From Acidobacteriota bacterium (lineage in GTDB: Bacteria; Acidobacteriota; Terriglobia; Acidiferrales; UBA7541): a stretch of 64,000 bases of DNA. The DNA is taken from contig DAHUXN010000083.1 of NCBI GenBank assembly GCA_027307115.1, positions 2,775-66,774 of the forward strand. The letters run 5' to 3'. Shown one piece after another: positions 52,921 to 61,369 of this stretch. Position 1 is the stretch's first letter, and each line of letters starts with the position of its first letter. The notes under the pieces were generated by a model. That model saw nothing but the letters and a program-made list of their open reading frames with translations, had not been told where the DNA came from and searched no databases. The translations under genes and the position numbers were made by a program.

Positions 52921-53120
52921 CTTCTTGAAAAAATATTCGTGTCATTCCGCCTGTCCTGCTTGCCCTGAGCGTGTTTTGCGAAGGGAGCGGTTCGGCGAAG
53001 GGAGCGGTTCGGCGAAGGGAGGAGCCACGCGACGAGCCTGCCTGCCGCTTGCCCGCCGTGGCGGGCAGGCAGGCAATCTGCAGTTTCCTTGGGTTTCTCC
53101 AGACCGCGACTCTTTCGCGA
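52921..53120. repeat. intergenic repeat family copy 1 (expanded by a 17-bp tandem repeat and a GC hairpin)
   Basis: It shares CTTGAAAAAA..TTCGTGTCATTCCG ... AATCTGCAGTTTCCTTGGGTT with copies at 58077 and 60841. Inside it, GCGAAGGGAGCGGTTCG occurs twice (52978-53011) plus a partial copy. There is also the hairpin GCCTGCCTGCC...GGCAGGCAGGC (53036-53074). Confidence 0.75.
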
Positions 53121-53135
53121 ACGGGAATCGCTCGT

Positions 53136-53351
53136 TCAGGAGCGCGTGAACGCAGAACGCCGCGGCCCGCGTAGAATTCTCGCAGGAAGAAAAATAATTG
53201 CGCGAATCAAATCGAGCGCGCCTCCCACGGCAATACCAACCAGCCGAAACGGCAGCAAGAGCAGCCACACAATCGGGTATAGCACCAGCGCCAGAATCGC
53301 CAGCGGCCAGCACAACACCAGCAGAATGCACCACAGAACAAATGTCAGCAT
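53136..53351 (-). CDS. small two-TM membrane protein (71 aa)
   Basis: MLTFVLWCILLVLCWPLAILALVLYPIVWLLLLPFRLVGIAVGGALDLIRAIIFLP. It lies 55 nt downstream of the DUF4139-like gene on the same strand. Confidence 0.5.
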   Translation of the reverse strand: MLTFVLWCILLVLCWPLAILALVLYPIVWLLLLPFRLVGIAVGGALDLIRAIIFLPARILRGPRRSAFTRS

Positions 53352-53406
53352 CGCCCGTCTCCCACTCCCAAATACGGATTAGCGGCCCGATTCGTTCCCT
53401 CTCTAT

Positions 53407-55910
53407 CTACAATGTCACGTTCAGCGACAAACTTTGAATCATGGTGTCCAGCTCCTGTTGTGCCTGATCGCGCTTGGTTTGAAAATCTTGCGTTTCCTTC
53501 TGCAAAGTCGCCAAGCGCGTCTCCTGATCCGCCAGCTGCTGCGTGTAACGCTGCGTGAGCGCGCGTTCCTCGGGACTTCCCTTGAGCGCCTTCAAATTTT
53601 CGCGAATGCGCTGCTGGTCGTCATAAATTTTCTGTTTTTCGCTGTTGCGCCGGGAAATCTCCGCATCCAGCGCGGCAACGCGATTCTTCTGCTCGACGAT
53701 CTTTCGCAGCGCCGCCTCCACTTCGACGTTGATGGATTTTTGCCGCAGGAAAAGCGTGATCTGATCGTCCGTCACGTTTGAAATCTCATAACGAGTGTCG
53801 AGCGGCTCGCTTTCTCCCACTTCCAGCTTGGACGTCTCTTTCGGCTTTACGCTGACGCGGAAGCGGTAAACGTTCGACGTGGTTTCTTCGGGCTTCGGCG
53901 TTCCTTCCGCCAGCTTCCAAGCGACTCGCAGAGGGTGCTCGATCAGCACTGTGCGCGGCGTCGTATCGTCATCACGCACGGTGTAGGTCGTACTCTGCTG
54001 CATCTCTCGCGTCATGCTCATCACGCCTCGCGAAATGCGCACGCGCGTCACGCGTTGCGGACGGCTCTCGCTCTTCGCATCCACGCGCACGCCAAGATCC
54101 GCCGCGTAGGAGACTAAACGCTTTTCGCCCGGCTTGATCGGATCCGTGAGTCCCTCGCCGGCAAACGCTTCGTCTTCCAGAACCGTAAAGCTGCCTCCAT
54201 CCAAAGTCAGCGGACTCGAATTCGTCAGCCACAGCGCGCGCAACGGCCGCTGCGAGTCGAGCGAATTGTTCCACAGCGACACTTTCTCCGCCGCGATATG
54301 AACCTGCACGATGGGAACAAGCGCCGATTCGTTCTTGTGAATCGTCACGCGGTCTTTCAGTTTGTACTCGAACAGGTCGCCGAGATCTGCGCCTTCCGCC
54401 GCCGCCGAGGTCCGCCCGCGCGCTTCAGAAAGCAGTCCATTGCCGGGAACGGGTGCACCGCCTATCATTCCGCCCGCAGTGCCGTATCCCCGGTTACGCT
54501 TCACTCCCGGCCCATTTCCAAGTTCGCGCCCCGATCCAACTACGCCCGGCGGCGGAGGCGCCATGGCCTCCGACGTTTCCACACTTGGAGGCGTCGCCGT
54601 AACTTCCACAGTCTCGGCCATGCTTCCAACTTGCAGCGTCGCGTTCTGCGTTTGCTCGCCATTCCCTCCGAGCGTCACGCCTTGTATCACTGTCGTTTGA
54701 AAACCATTCCCGTGAAACTCCACGCGGTAGTTCCCCGCGGCCAAATCATCAAACTCGTATCTGCCTTGATTGTCTGTCGTGGCGCTGCTTGCAACGTCAG
54801 TCTGCGTGTTCACAATCTGCACCTGTGCGTTTGGTATCACCGCGCCGCTAGCGTCAGTCACCACGCCCGACAAACCTCCCAAGCCGCCGAGCATCGCGCT
54901 CTCATGCGTCTGCGGAGTCAGCTCCGCCGTTTGCGGCAGCGGCACCACAGGACGCCGCGCGTAATACGGCTGCGACAGTTGTTGAATAAACGATTGCGGC
55001 GCGCCCGCGACCAGCGACAACTCTACATTGTCCCAATCCTCGCCCGTCGTGTTATCCACAATCGCCCAGCCCTGCAGCAGCGGCTTGTCTTCCGTTTTCG
55101 ACGGCAACACAATCCTGTAGGTTGTCTTCCAAATGGGCACTTCGCTGATGTAGCTCACGTATAGTTGCCGCGCGCCCGAGCCCGCCGCCGCAATCGTCAT
55201 GCGCCGCAGATCCTGCCGATGCGTTGATGCCAACAAGGAAAGATATCGGCCCACGTCTCCGTTCACGCCCTGATCGGCAATCCGCACACTCACTGCTGGA
55301 GTAATTTCGACGCTGCGCACTTCCCCGCTGTCGCTCACCACGGTCGCCAAATCTACTTCCAGTGTCGTGCCGCCGCTGACGCGCGTTTTTCGCTCCACGC
55401 TCAGCAGCCGCCCGGTAATTTCCGTGTTGCCGCTGCGAATCTCCAAACGCGTTCCTCGCAGCGCCGCCAAAAACTTTGAAAGATTCGTGTTTGCTCCCAG
55501 CGGCAGACCCAGTGTCCCAAGCGCTGGCTGAATGGCGCCTCGGAGTCGTAGTCGATCCCCGTGATGCGCCCGCCATTCAAGTCGAGCACGGTCAGCGATT
55601 GCAGCACGTCATTGAGCTGGCTGCTCGTGAAATCGATGCGCATGTTTTGGTCGCCGTGAACTTCGCCCAAATGCTCGAAATAGCCAACTCCGCCCTTATA
55701 AAGAACCACGCGCCGCACCGGCAGCTTCGTCGCAGCCGTTTCTTCCTTCGAGGCGGGCTGTTTTTCGCTTGCGCGCTCCGTTTCCGCAGGCGCGCCCGCC
55801 TTTTCGCGCGTCGATTGTGTCGCGCCCTTATTCTGTCGCGGCGTCGCCCCCATCACTTGCGTTCCCACCAGAACTGCTGCCCAGCAGAGCCACAGAATCC
55901 ACGCGCGCAT
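53407..55910 (-). CDS. secreted DUF4139-like protein with inserted carboxypeptidase-regulatory-like domain and C-terminal coiled coil; reading frame broken by a 1-nt shift near 55516-55518
   Basis: ORF 55401-55910 supplies a signal peptide and VVLYKGGVGYFEHLGEV...ITGIDYDSEAPFSQRLG. ORF 53407-55470, extended upstream in its own frame, continues TLGLPLGANTNLSKFLAALRGTRLEI... The CarboxypepD_reg-like insert reads GVVTDASGAVIPNAQVQIVNTQTDVASSATTDNQGRYEFDDLAAGNYRVEF. The last 110 aa or so are heptad-rich. A GGAGGG RBS precedes ATG 55910. Confidence 0.6.
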
Positions 55911-55994
55911 TTGCCCTCCGTTCAGTGCCTCAGGCGCAAAGCCACAAACTTGAAAGCCTAAATAGAATAGCCGTGGGACTCCACATTGGGTGGT

Positions 55995-56040
55995 GGGTCA
56001 GTTTGAATTTTCTTGATCGTGACAAAATTCAAACTGACCC
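55995..56040. repeat. perfect 17-bp inverted repeat with 12-nt loop (possible terminator or operator)
   Basis: GGGTCAGTTTGAATTTT-cttgatcgtgac-AAAATTCAAACTGACCC. It sits between the PilZ stop (56166) and the DUF4139-like start (55910). Confidence 0.9.
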
Positions 56041-56165
56041 AATACCCGACATTGACGCGCCTTGACAACCACAACGTGGCGCAACTATAGACTCAGACAC
56101 CGGTGCGAGTCCAAATGTTGCATTCGCTTCTTACCAGATAAGTTACGACACGCGGGAAAGCTTCG

Positions 56166-56555
56166 TCAGCGTGGAGGACGCGGAGAAGAAGATGACTGCC
56201 GTCCGCGAGGAGCGGGATCGGCGAACTCGACTCCCCAGAAATGCGGCGCCGGCGACAGGAACTCCAGCCCTACCCTCTGCCCCTTGTCGGAAGTGTCGCC
56301 AAGGTACACCACGCGGCACTCCTGCTCTTCGTCGCTGGCCGGATTCGTCATTTGCAGTTGCGCGCCCATTTCCACCGATTCGTTCAGGTAGAGCAGGCCG
56401 CCGTGTGCGTTCACCACGATGGTTTGGCATCCCTCGCGGAATTTGTTCCCGTCGCTGTTCATGCCGCGGATCTTTACCGGGATGCGCGTGAAGATGCGTG
56501 AACTTCGCCGGCGATTATCGGGATCGGTTGAAGGCATCGTAGCGCTATCGTGCAT
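56166..56555 (-). CDS. PilZ-domain protein
   Basis: RRRSSRIFTRIPVKIRGMNSDGNKFREGCQTIVVNAHGGLLYL...ECRVVYL... shows RxxxR and D/NxSxxG-like PilZ motifs. The start is uncertain (56555, 56537 or 56633). Confidence 0.7.
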   Translation of the reverse strand: MHDSATMPSTDPDNRRRSSRIFTRIPVKIRGMNSDGNKFREGCQTIVVNAHGGLLYLNESVEMGAQLQMTNPASDEEQECRVVYLGDTSDKGQRVGLEFLSPAPHFWGVEFADPAPRGRQSSSSPRPPR

Positions 56556-56710
56556 CAACGCCACAATCGAGTCAACTGAATCAACGCGCCGCTTTCCGCT
56601 TGCTGCAACCCTCTTCACTTCGTACAATGCCATTCACATCGGAACCGTGGCGATTCTTGGGACGCCGTTGCCACACTGCTGCGGATAAACGCTATTTTCA
56701 GGAGCCAGGA

Positions 56711-58075
56711 ATGAATTTTCTCGATTACATCGAGAGCCATCGCGAACATAACCTCGATGAACTGAAGGATTTTCTCCGCATTCCCAGCGTCAGCACAAAG
56801 AGCGAGCACAAACCAGACATCGCTCGCGCCGCTCAATGGGTCGCCGATCGCTTGCACGGAGCCGGCTTTTCGAAGGTTGATATCATCCCAACAAAAATAC
56901 ATCCTCTGGTTGTCGCTGAATCCCTCGAAGCTCCCGGCAAGCCCACCATTCTTTTTTATGGCCACTACGATGTGCAGCCCGCCGAGCCGCTCAAACTGTG
57001 GACTTCCCCCGCATTCGATCCCACCGTTCGTGGCGGAAATCTCTACGGTCGCGGGACCGCCGACGACAAAGGCCAGGTGCACATCCACTTGAAGGCTCTC
57101 GAAGCGCTGCAAAAATCCGAAGGCAAGTTGCCGCTCAATGTGAAAGTGATTATCGAAGGCGAAGAGGAAGTTGGCAGCGTCAACCTCTGGGATTTTGTTA
57201 CCAAGAATAAAGACAGGCTCAGGGCCGACGCCCTCGTTGTTTCTGATACTTCAATGCTCGCGCGCGGCGTTCCTTCGATCACCTACGGCCTTCGCGGCTT
57301 GAATTACTATCAAGTGGAAATCACCGGCCCGTCGCAGGACCTTCACTCCGGCGTCTTCGGCGGCGCGGTGCCCAATCCGATCACGATCCTTGCCGAAATG
57401 ATCGCCAAGTTGCACGACAAAAACTTCCACGTCACCGTCCCCGGCTTCTACGACGATGTCGCCACTCTTTCTGCAAAAGAACGAAAAGCCCTGAACGCTC
57501 TTCCCTGGAAAGAATCCGAATTTCGCAGAACCGTTGGCGCTCCCGGCCTCTCCGGCGAAAAGGGCTTTACGAATGTCGAGCGCCTTTGGTGCCGGCCGAC
57601 TCTCGAGCTCAATGGAATCTGGGGCGGCTACATGGGCGAAGGTTCGAAAACCGTCATTCCTTCAAAGGCCTTCGCAAAAATCTCCACTCGCTTGGTGCCG
57701 GATCAGAATCCCGCGAAAATCGCCAAACAAGTCGAGCGCCACATTCGCGCACTGCTGCCGAAAACCGTGCATTGCAAATTCGGACTCCTCAGCGCGGGCA
57801 AACCCTGGGTCGCATCCTATACTCATCCCATTTTCCAGAAGGCGATTCACGCGCTCGAAAAGGGCTTTGGCAAAAAAGCGGTATTCATTCGCGAGGGCGG
57901 CTCGATTCCGTTCGTCACCCAGATGCACGACACATTCAAAGTGCCCTGCGTCCTTCTCGGTTTCGGTTTGCCGGACGAAAACGCGCATGCGCCCGATGAG
58001 CACATCTCCCTGGAAAATTATTTCGGTGGCATAAAATCCGTGGCGTCTTTTTACTCCGCGCTCGGCCAACCCTGA
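56711..58075 (+). CDS. M20-family dipeptidase
   Basis: MNFLDYIESHREHNLDELKDFLRIPSVST...ILFYGHYDVQPAEPLKLWTSPAFDPTVRGGNLYGRGTADDKGQV... Confidence 0.9.
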   Translation: MNFLDYIESHREHNLDELKDFLRIPSVSTKSEHKPDIARAAQWVADRLHGAGFSKVDIIPTKIHPLVVAESLEAPGKPTILFYGHYDVQPAEPLKLWTSPAFDPTVRGGNLYGRGTADDKGQVHIHLKALEALQKSEGKLPLNVKVIIEGEEEVGSVNLWDFVTKNKDRLRADALVVSDTSMLARGVPSITYGLRGLNYYQVEITGPSQDLHSGVFGGAVPNPITILAEMIAKLHDKNFHVTVPGFYDDVATLSAKERKALNALPWKESEFRRTVGAPGLSGEKGFTNVERLWCRPTLELNGIWGGYMGEGSKTVIPSKAFAKISTRLVPDQNPAKIAKQVERHIRALLPKTVHCKFGLLSAGKPWVASYTHPIFQKAIHALEKGFGKKAVFIREGGSIPFVTQMHDTFKVPCVLLGFGLPDENAHAPDEHISLENYFGGIKSVASFYSALGQP

Positions 58076-58076
58076 C

Positions 58077-58190
58077 AGTTTGCTAAAAAAATCTAATCGT
58101 TGTCATCCCGAGCCGCCATGCGGCGAGGGATCTGCATTTTCCTTGGGGTTCTGCAAATTGCGGCTCTCGCGCGCAACCGCAAAAATCCCC
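58077..58190. repeat. intergenic repeat family copy 2
   Basis: AGTTTGCTAAAAAAATCTAATCGTTGTCATCCCGAGCCGCCATGCGGCGAGGGATCTGCATTTTCCTTGGGGTT... It starts 2 nt after the dipeptidase stop. Confidence 0.75.
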
Positions 58191-58310
58191 ATTTCCTGCG
58201 GCTTTCATTGCATTTTTACTTGCGTTAACCGGGGGCTGCGGCTATAGTGCCCCCGGCCTCCCAGCGACACCAACAAGGGAAAATACTTCTATAGAGGAGA
58301 TAGCAACACG

Positions 58311-58613
58311 ATGGCAAATCCGATGAGCAAGTCCAAAATCATCGCGCACATGGCCGAAAAGGTCGGCACGAAGGACAAGCCGGTTTCCAAGAAGCAAGTG
58401 GCTTCGTTTTTCGACGAGCTCTTTAATCTCGCGGTGAAAGAATGCAAGAGTGCAGGGAAATTCGTCATTCCAGGAATCGGACGCGCGGTCAAGGCGCATC
58501 GCAAAGCCCGCATGGGCCGCAACCCCGCTACCGGTGAACCTATTAAGATTAAGGCCAAGACTGTTGTTCGCCTTCGCGCTGCCAAGGCGTTCAAGGACGC
58601 AGCGCTCAAGTAA
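58311..58613 (+). CDS. HU-family DNA-binding protein
   Basis: KSKIIAHMAEKVG...FDELFNLAVKECKSAGKFVIPGIGRAVKAHRKARMGRNPATGEPIKIKAKTVVRLRAAKAFKDA. Confidence 0.9.
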   Translation: MANPMSKSKIIAHMAEKVGTKDKPVSKKQVASFFDELFNLAVKECKSAGKFVIPGIGRAVKAHRKARMGRNPATGEPIKIKAKTVVRLRAAKAFKDAALK

Positions 58614-58751
58614 GGCGCGTTCGTTCACAGTTTCGCGACGAGACCCCGGCGACTCTTGGCTCTCCGCCAAGCTTGGGCGCTGGGGTACTCGCTGTCTCTT
58701 CTCCGGAGCCGTCCACGGCCGGCCTGTTGATTCTTCCCTGGAATAGCCTTC

Positions 58752-60113
58752 ATGGAACCGCTTACTTCTCGCCAGCATTCCGGCCTTCTTACCGACTTGT
58801 ACGAGCTCACCATGGCGGCTGGCTATTTTCAATCGCGCTTCAACGCGCGCGCCACATTTGAACTCTTCGTGCGTAAACTTCCCGACGAGCGCAATTTCCT
58901 GGTTGCCGCCGGTCTCGAGCAGGCTCTCCATTTTGTCGAAAACATCCGCTTTGCCGCGGAAGAAATCGAGTTCCTGCGGCATCTCCCACTCTTCCGCCAC
59001 GTCCACGGTGAATTTTTCGATTATCTTGCGCGTTTCCGTTTTACCGGAGACCTGTGGGCCATTCCCGAAGGCTCGCTCGTCTTTGCGGGCGAACCGCTTC
59101 TGCGCGTTACGGCCCCGATCATCGAAGGCCAGATTCTGGAAACGTGCCTCTTGTCCGCCATTAATTTTCAGACCATGGTGGCAAGCCGCGCCGCTCGTTT
59201 GAACATCGCCGCAAAAGGCAAGCCCGTCGTCGAATTCGGCGCTCGCCGCGCCCACGGAAGCGAAGCCGGAATTTTTGCCGCGCGCGCAGCCTGGATCGCC
59301 GGGTGCCAGGGCACTTCCAACGTAATTGCTGGCAAGCTTTTTGGCATTCCCACTTACGGGACGCAAGCCCATTCCTGGGTCATGGCTTACGAAGACGAAT
59401 CCCAGGCCTTCGATCGCTTCCTCGATGTTTTCCCGGAACAGGCCACTCTGCTTCTGGACACGTACAACGTTCGCGCGGCGCTTCGCAAAATCATCGCGCG
59501 CGGCCGCAAGCCCGCGGGCGTCCGCCTTGACAGCGGCGATCTCGCCGCCGACAGCCGTTGGGTCCGCGCACAGCTGGATCGCGTTGGCTGGCGTGACGTT
59601 CAAATCTTCGCGTCCGGCGATCTTGACGAGGGAAGAATTTCCTCGCTTCTTCGCCATGGCGCCAAAATCGACGCCTTCGGTGTTGGCAGCGCCCTCGTAG
59701 CTCCCACCGATGCCCGCAATCTCAGCATGATTTACAAATTGGTTGAACTCGAACGCGATGGCAAAGTGCGCGAGGCGGCAAAGCTCAGCGAATCGAAGTC
59801 CACCTATCCCGGTGCCAAACAAGTATTTCGTTTTGCGAACCGCGCAGGAAAATGGCAGAAAGATTTAATCGCCCTTGCCAGCGAATCTCATCCGACTGCC
59901 GCGCCGCTTCTCGTGCCGGTTATGCGTGCAGGCAAGCGTCTCGGTCCTCCGGAACCTCTCGCGGCCGCGCGCGCGCGCTGCACCGAAAGCCTCAAACATC
60001 TTCCGGCGCGTCTCCTTTCCATCCAGCATGCGGCGCCCTATCCAGTCCGTTACAGCCAGCCCTTGAAAAATCTTCTCCAGAAAGTCCGTCGCCGCATTCA
60101 ACAGCGCTCATAG
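58752..60113 (+). CDS. pncB: nicotinate phosphoribosyltransferase
   Basis: LLTDLYELTMAAGYF...FELFVRKLP...FGARRAHG...GTSNV...GTQAHSWVMAY... is the NAPRTase family pattern. A nicotinamidase gene lies next to it. Confidence 0.85.
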   Translation: MEPLTSRQHSGLLTDLYELTMAAGYFQSRFNARATFELFVRKLPDERNFLVAAGLEQALHFVENIRFAAEEIEFLRHLPLFRHVHGEFFDYLARFRFTGDLWAIPEGSLVFAGEPLLRVTAPIIEGQILETCLLSAINFQTMVASRAARLNIAAKGKPVVEFGARRAHGSEAGIFAARAAWIAGCQGTSNVIAGKLFGIPTYGTQAHSWVMAYEDESQAFDRFLDVFPEQATLLLDTYNVRAALRKIIARGRKPAGVRLDSGDLAADSRWVRAQLDRVGWRDVQIFASGDLDEGRISSLLRHGAKIDAFGVGSALVAPTDARNLSMIYKLVELERDGKVREAAKLSESKSTYPGAKQVFRFANRAGKWQKDLIALASESHPTAAPLLVPVMRAGKRLGPPEPLAAARARCTESLKHLPARLLSIQHAAPYPVRYSQPLKNLLQKVRRRIQQRS

Positions 60114-60194
60114 TTTCACTGAAATAATTTTGTCCGCTCACAATTCGCTTGTCGCCCGCGGACGCGCTAAAATCGTGCAGAGGCTAAAGAAGAT

Positions 60195-60839
60195 TTGTCT
60201 AACGCCGACAAAAGCGCCGCAGTTTTCTGGGAAGTCGACACCCAGGCCGATTTCATGCTTCCCGGCGGGAAGCTTTACGTCCCCGGCGCAGAGAAACGCA
60301 TCGCCAACATGCGACGCCTCGTCGATGTTGCGCGCGCCGGCAGAGCCTTCCTCATCTCCAGCGCCGATCAGCACGCTCCGAACGATCCCGAGTTCGCGCG
60401 CTTTCCTCCACATTGCGTCAAGGGAACGAATGGCGCCGAAATTCTTGCGGAGCTGAGGTCCCCCAAAATAATGTCACTTCCAAATGACAGAAATTTTTCA
60501 ATTCCGACGAACCTGAACGAATTTCAGCAGGTCGTCCTCGAAAAGCAAACCCTCGACGTATTCGATAATCCGAACACGGAAAAAATCATTCAGCGGTTTC
60601 CCGGCAATGAAGAATTCGTGGTTTTTGGAGTCGTCACGGAATTTTGCGTGCGCCTCGCGGCCAAGGGTTTGCTCGACCGCGGCCGCCGCGTCGCTATCGT
60701 CACCGACGCAATCGAGACCCTAGACGCCAACGAAGGTCAGCGCACTCTCGACGAACTCGCGAGCCGCGGAGCGCGCCTCATCACCACCGATCAAGCCCTC
60801 GCGCTCGCCAAATCGTTCCCGCGCTCGGCTGATTCCTAA
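60195..60839 (+). CDS. pncA: nicotinamidase / isochorismatase-family hydrolase
   Basis: VFWEVDTQADFMLPGGKLYVPGAE...SADQHAPNDPEFARFPPHCVKGTNGAEI...VVFGVVTEFCVRLAAKGL. Confidence 0.8.
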   Translation: MSNADKSAAVFWEVDTQADFMLPGGKLYVPGAEKRIANMRRLVDVARAGRAFLISSADQHAPNDPEFARFPPHCVKGTNGAEILAELRSPKIMSLPNDRNFSIPTNLNEFQQVVLEKQTLDVFDNPNTEKIIQRFPGNEEFVVFGVVTEFCVRLAAKGLLDRGRRVAIVTDAIETLDANEGQRTLDELASRGARLITTDQALALAKSFPRSADS

Positions 60840-60840
60840 C

Positions 60841-60978
60841 AGTTTGTTGAAAAAACCTCCTCGCTGTCATTCCGACGAGCAACCGCGAGGAGGAATCTGC
60901 TGTTTCCTTGGATTGGTGCAAGCTCCGGTTCCCTCGCGGCGGCGGAAATGGCGATCAGATGCACTTTTTCAACAAGCT
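60841..60978. repeat. intergenic repeat family copy 3, MITE-like with 14-bp terminal inverted repeats
   Basis: The left end AGTTTGTTGAAAAA (60841-60854) matches the reverse complement of the right end TTTTTCAACAAGCT (60965-60978) at 13 of 14 positions. The internal hairpin is CCTCCTCGC-tgtcattccgacgagcaacc-GCGAGGAGG, followed by AATCTGCTGTTTCCTTGG. Confidence 0.8.
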
Positions 60979-61014
60979 CTAATGTAACAATCAGTTCGTC
61001 AGACTCTTGGCAAG

Positions 61015-61365
61015 CTACAGCGTCTTCACATAGGCAATTAAATCTCTGATCTCCGCCGTCTTCAGCGAACTGCGAAATCCCGGCATATCTTTTCCGCCGC
61101 GCTCAATCACCCGCCGCAGATTTTCGTCGTCCGCTTTCATTCTGTTGTGAAATGTTTCGCGCTTCATCAATCCCGCAAGCCCCGGACCAATTTTCTTCTC
61201 GCGGCTCGCGCTGTAATGGCAAATCTCGCATTTCTGCGCGTAGACTTGTTTCCCCCTCGCCGCGTCCGCGGCTTCAGAATCCTTGGCCTGCCCTCGTGCG
61301 GTAATTTGCCTGATCGGAAAGACAACTGATGCGACAAGAATTGGGATAGTCAGCAGAAATTTCAT
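61015..61365 (-). CDS. class I c-type cytochrome (monohaem), secreted
   Basis: From ATG 61365: MKFLLTIPILVASVV... The haem motif is CEICH within GKQVYAQKCEICHY, and a distal Met candidate lies in GGKDMPGF. Confidence 0.85.
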   Translation of the reverse strand: MKFLLTIPILVASVVFPIRQITARGQAKDSEAADAARGKQVYAQKCEICHYSASREKKIGPGLAGLMKRETFHNRMKADDENLRRVIERGGKDMPGFRSSLKTAEIRDLIAYVKTL

Positions 61366-61369
61366 CGCT

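Noticed and set aside
52978-53022. Possible mini-CRISPR or coding repeat (17-bp unit, 2.6 copies).
   Set aside because: It is a head-to-tail tandem repeat without spacers, embedded in a copy of the dispersed intergenic element.
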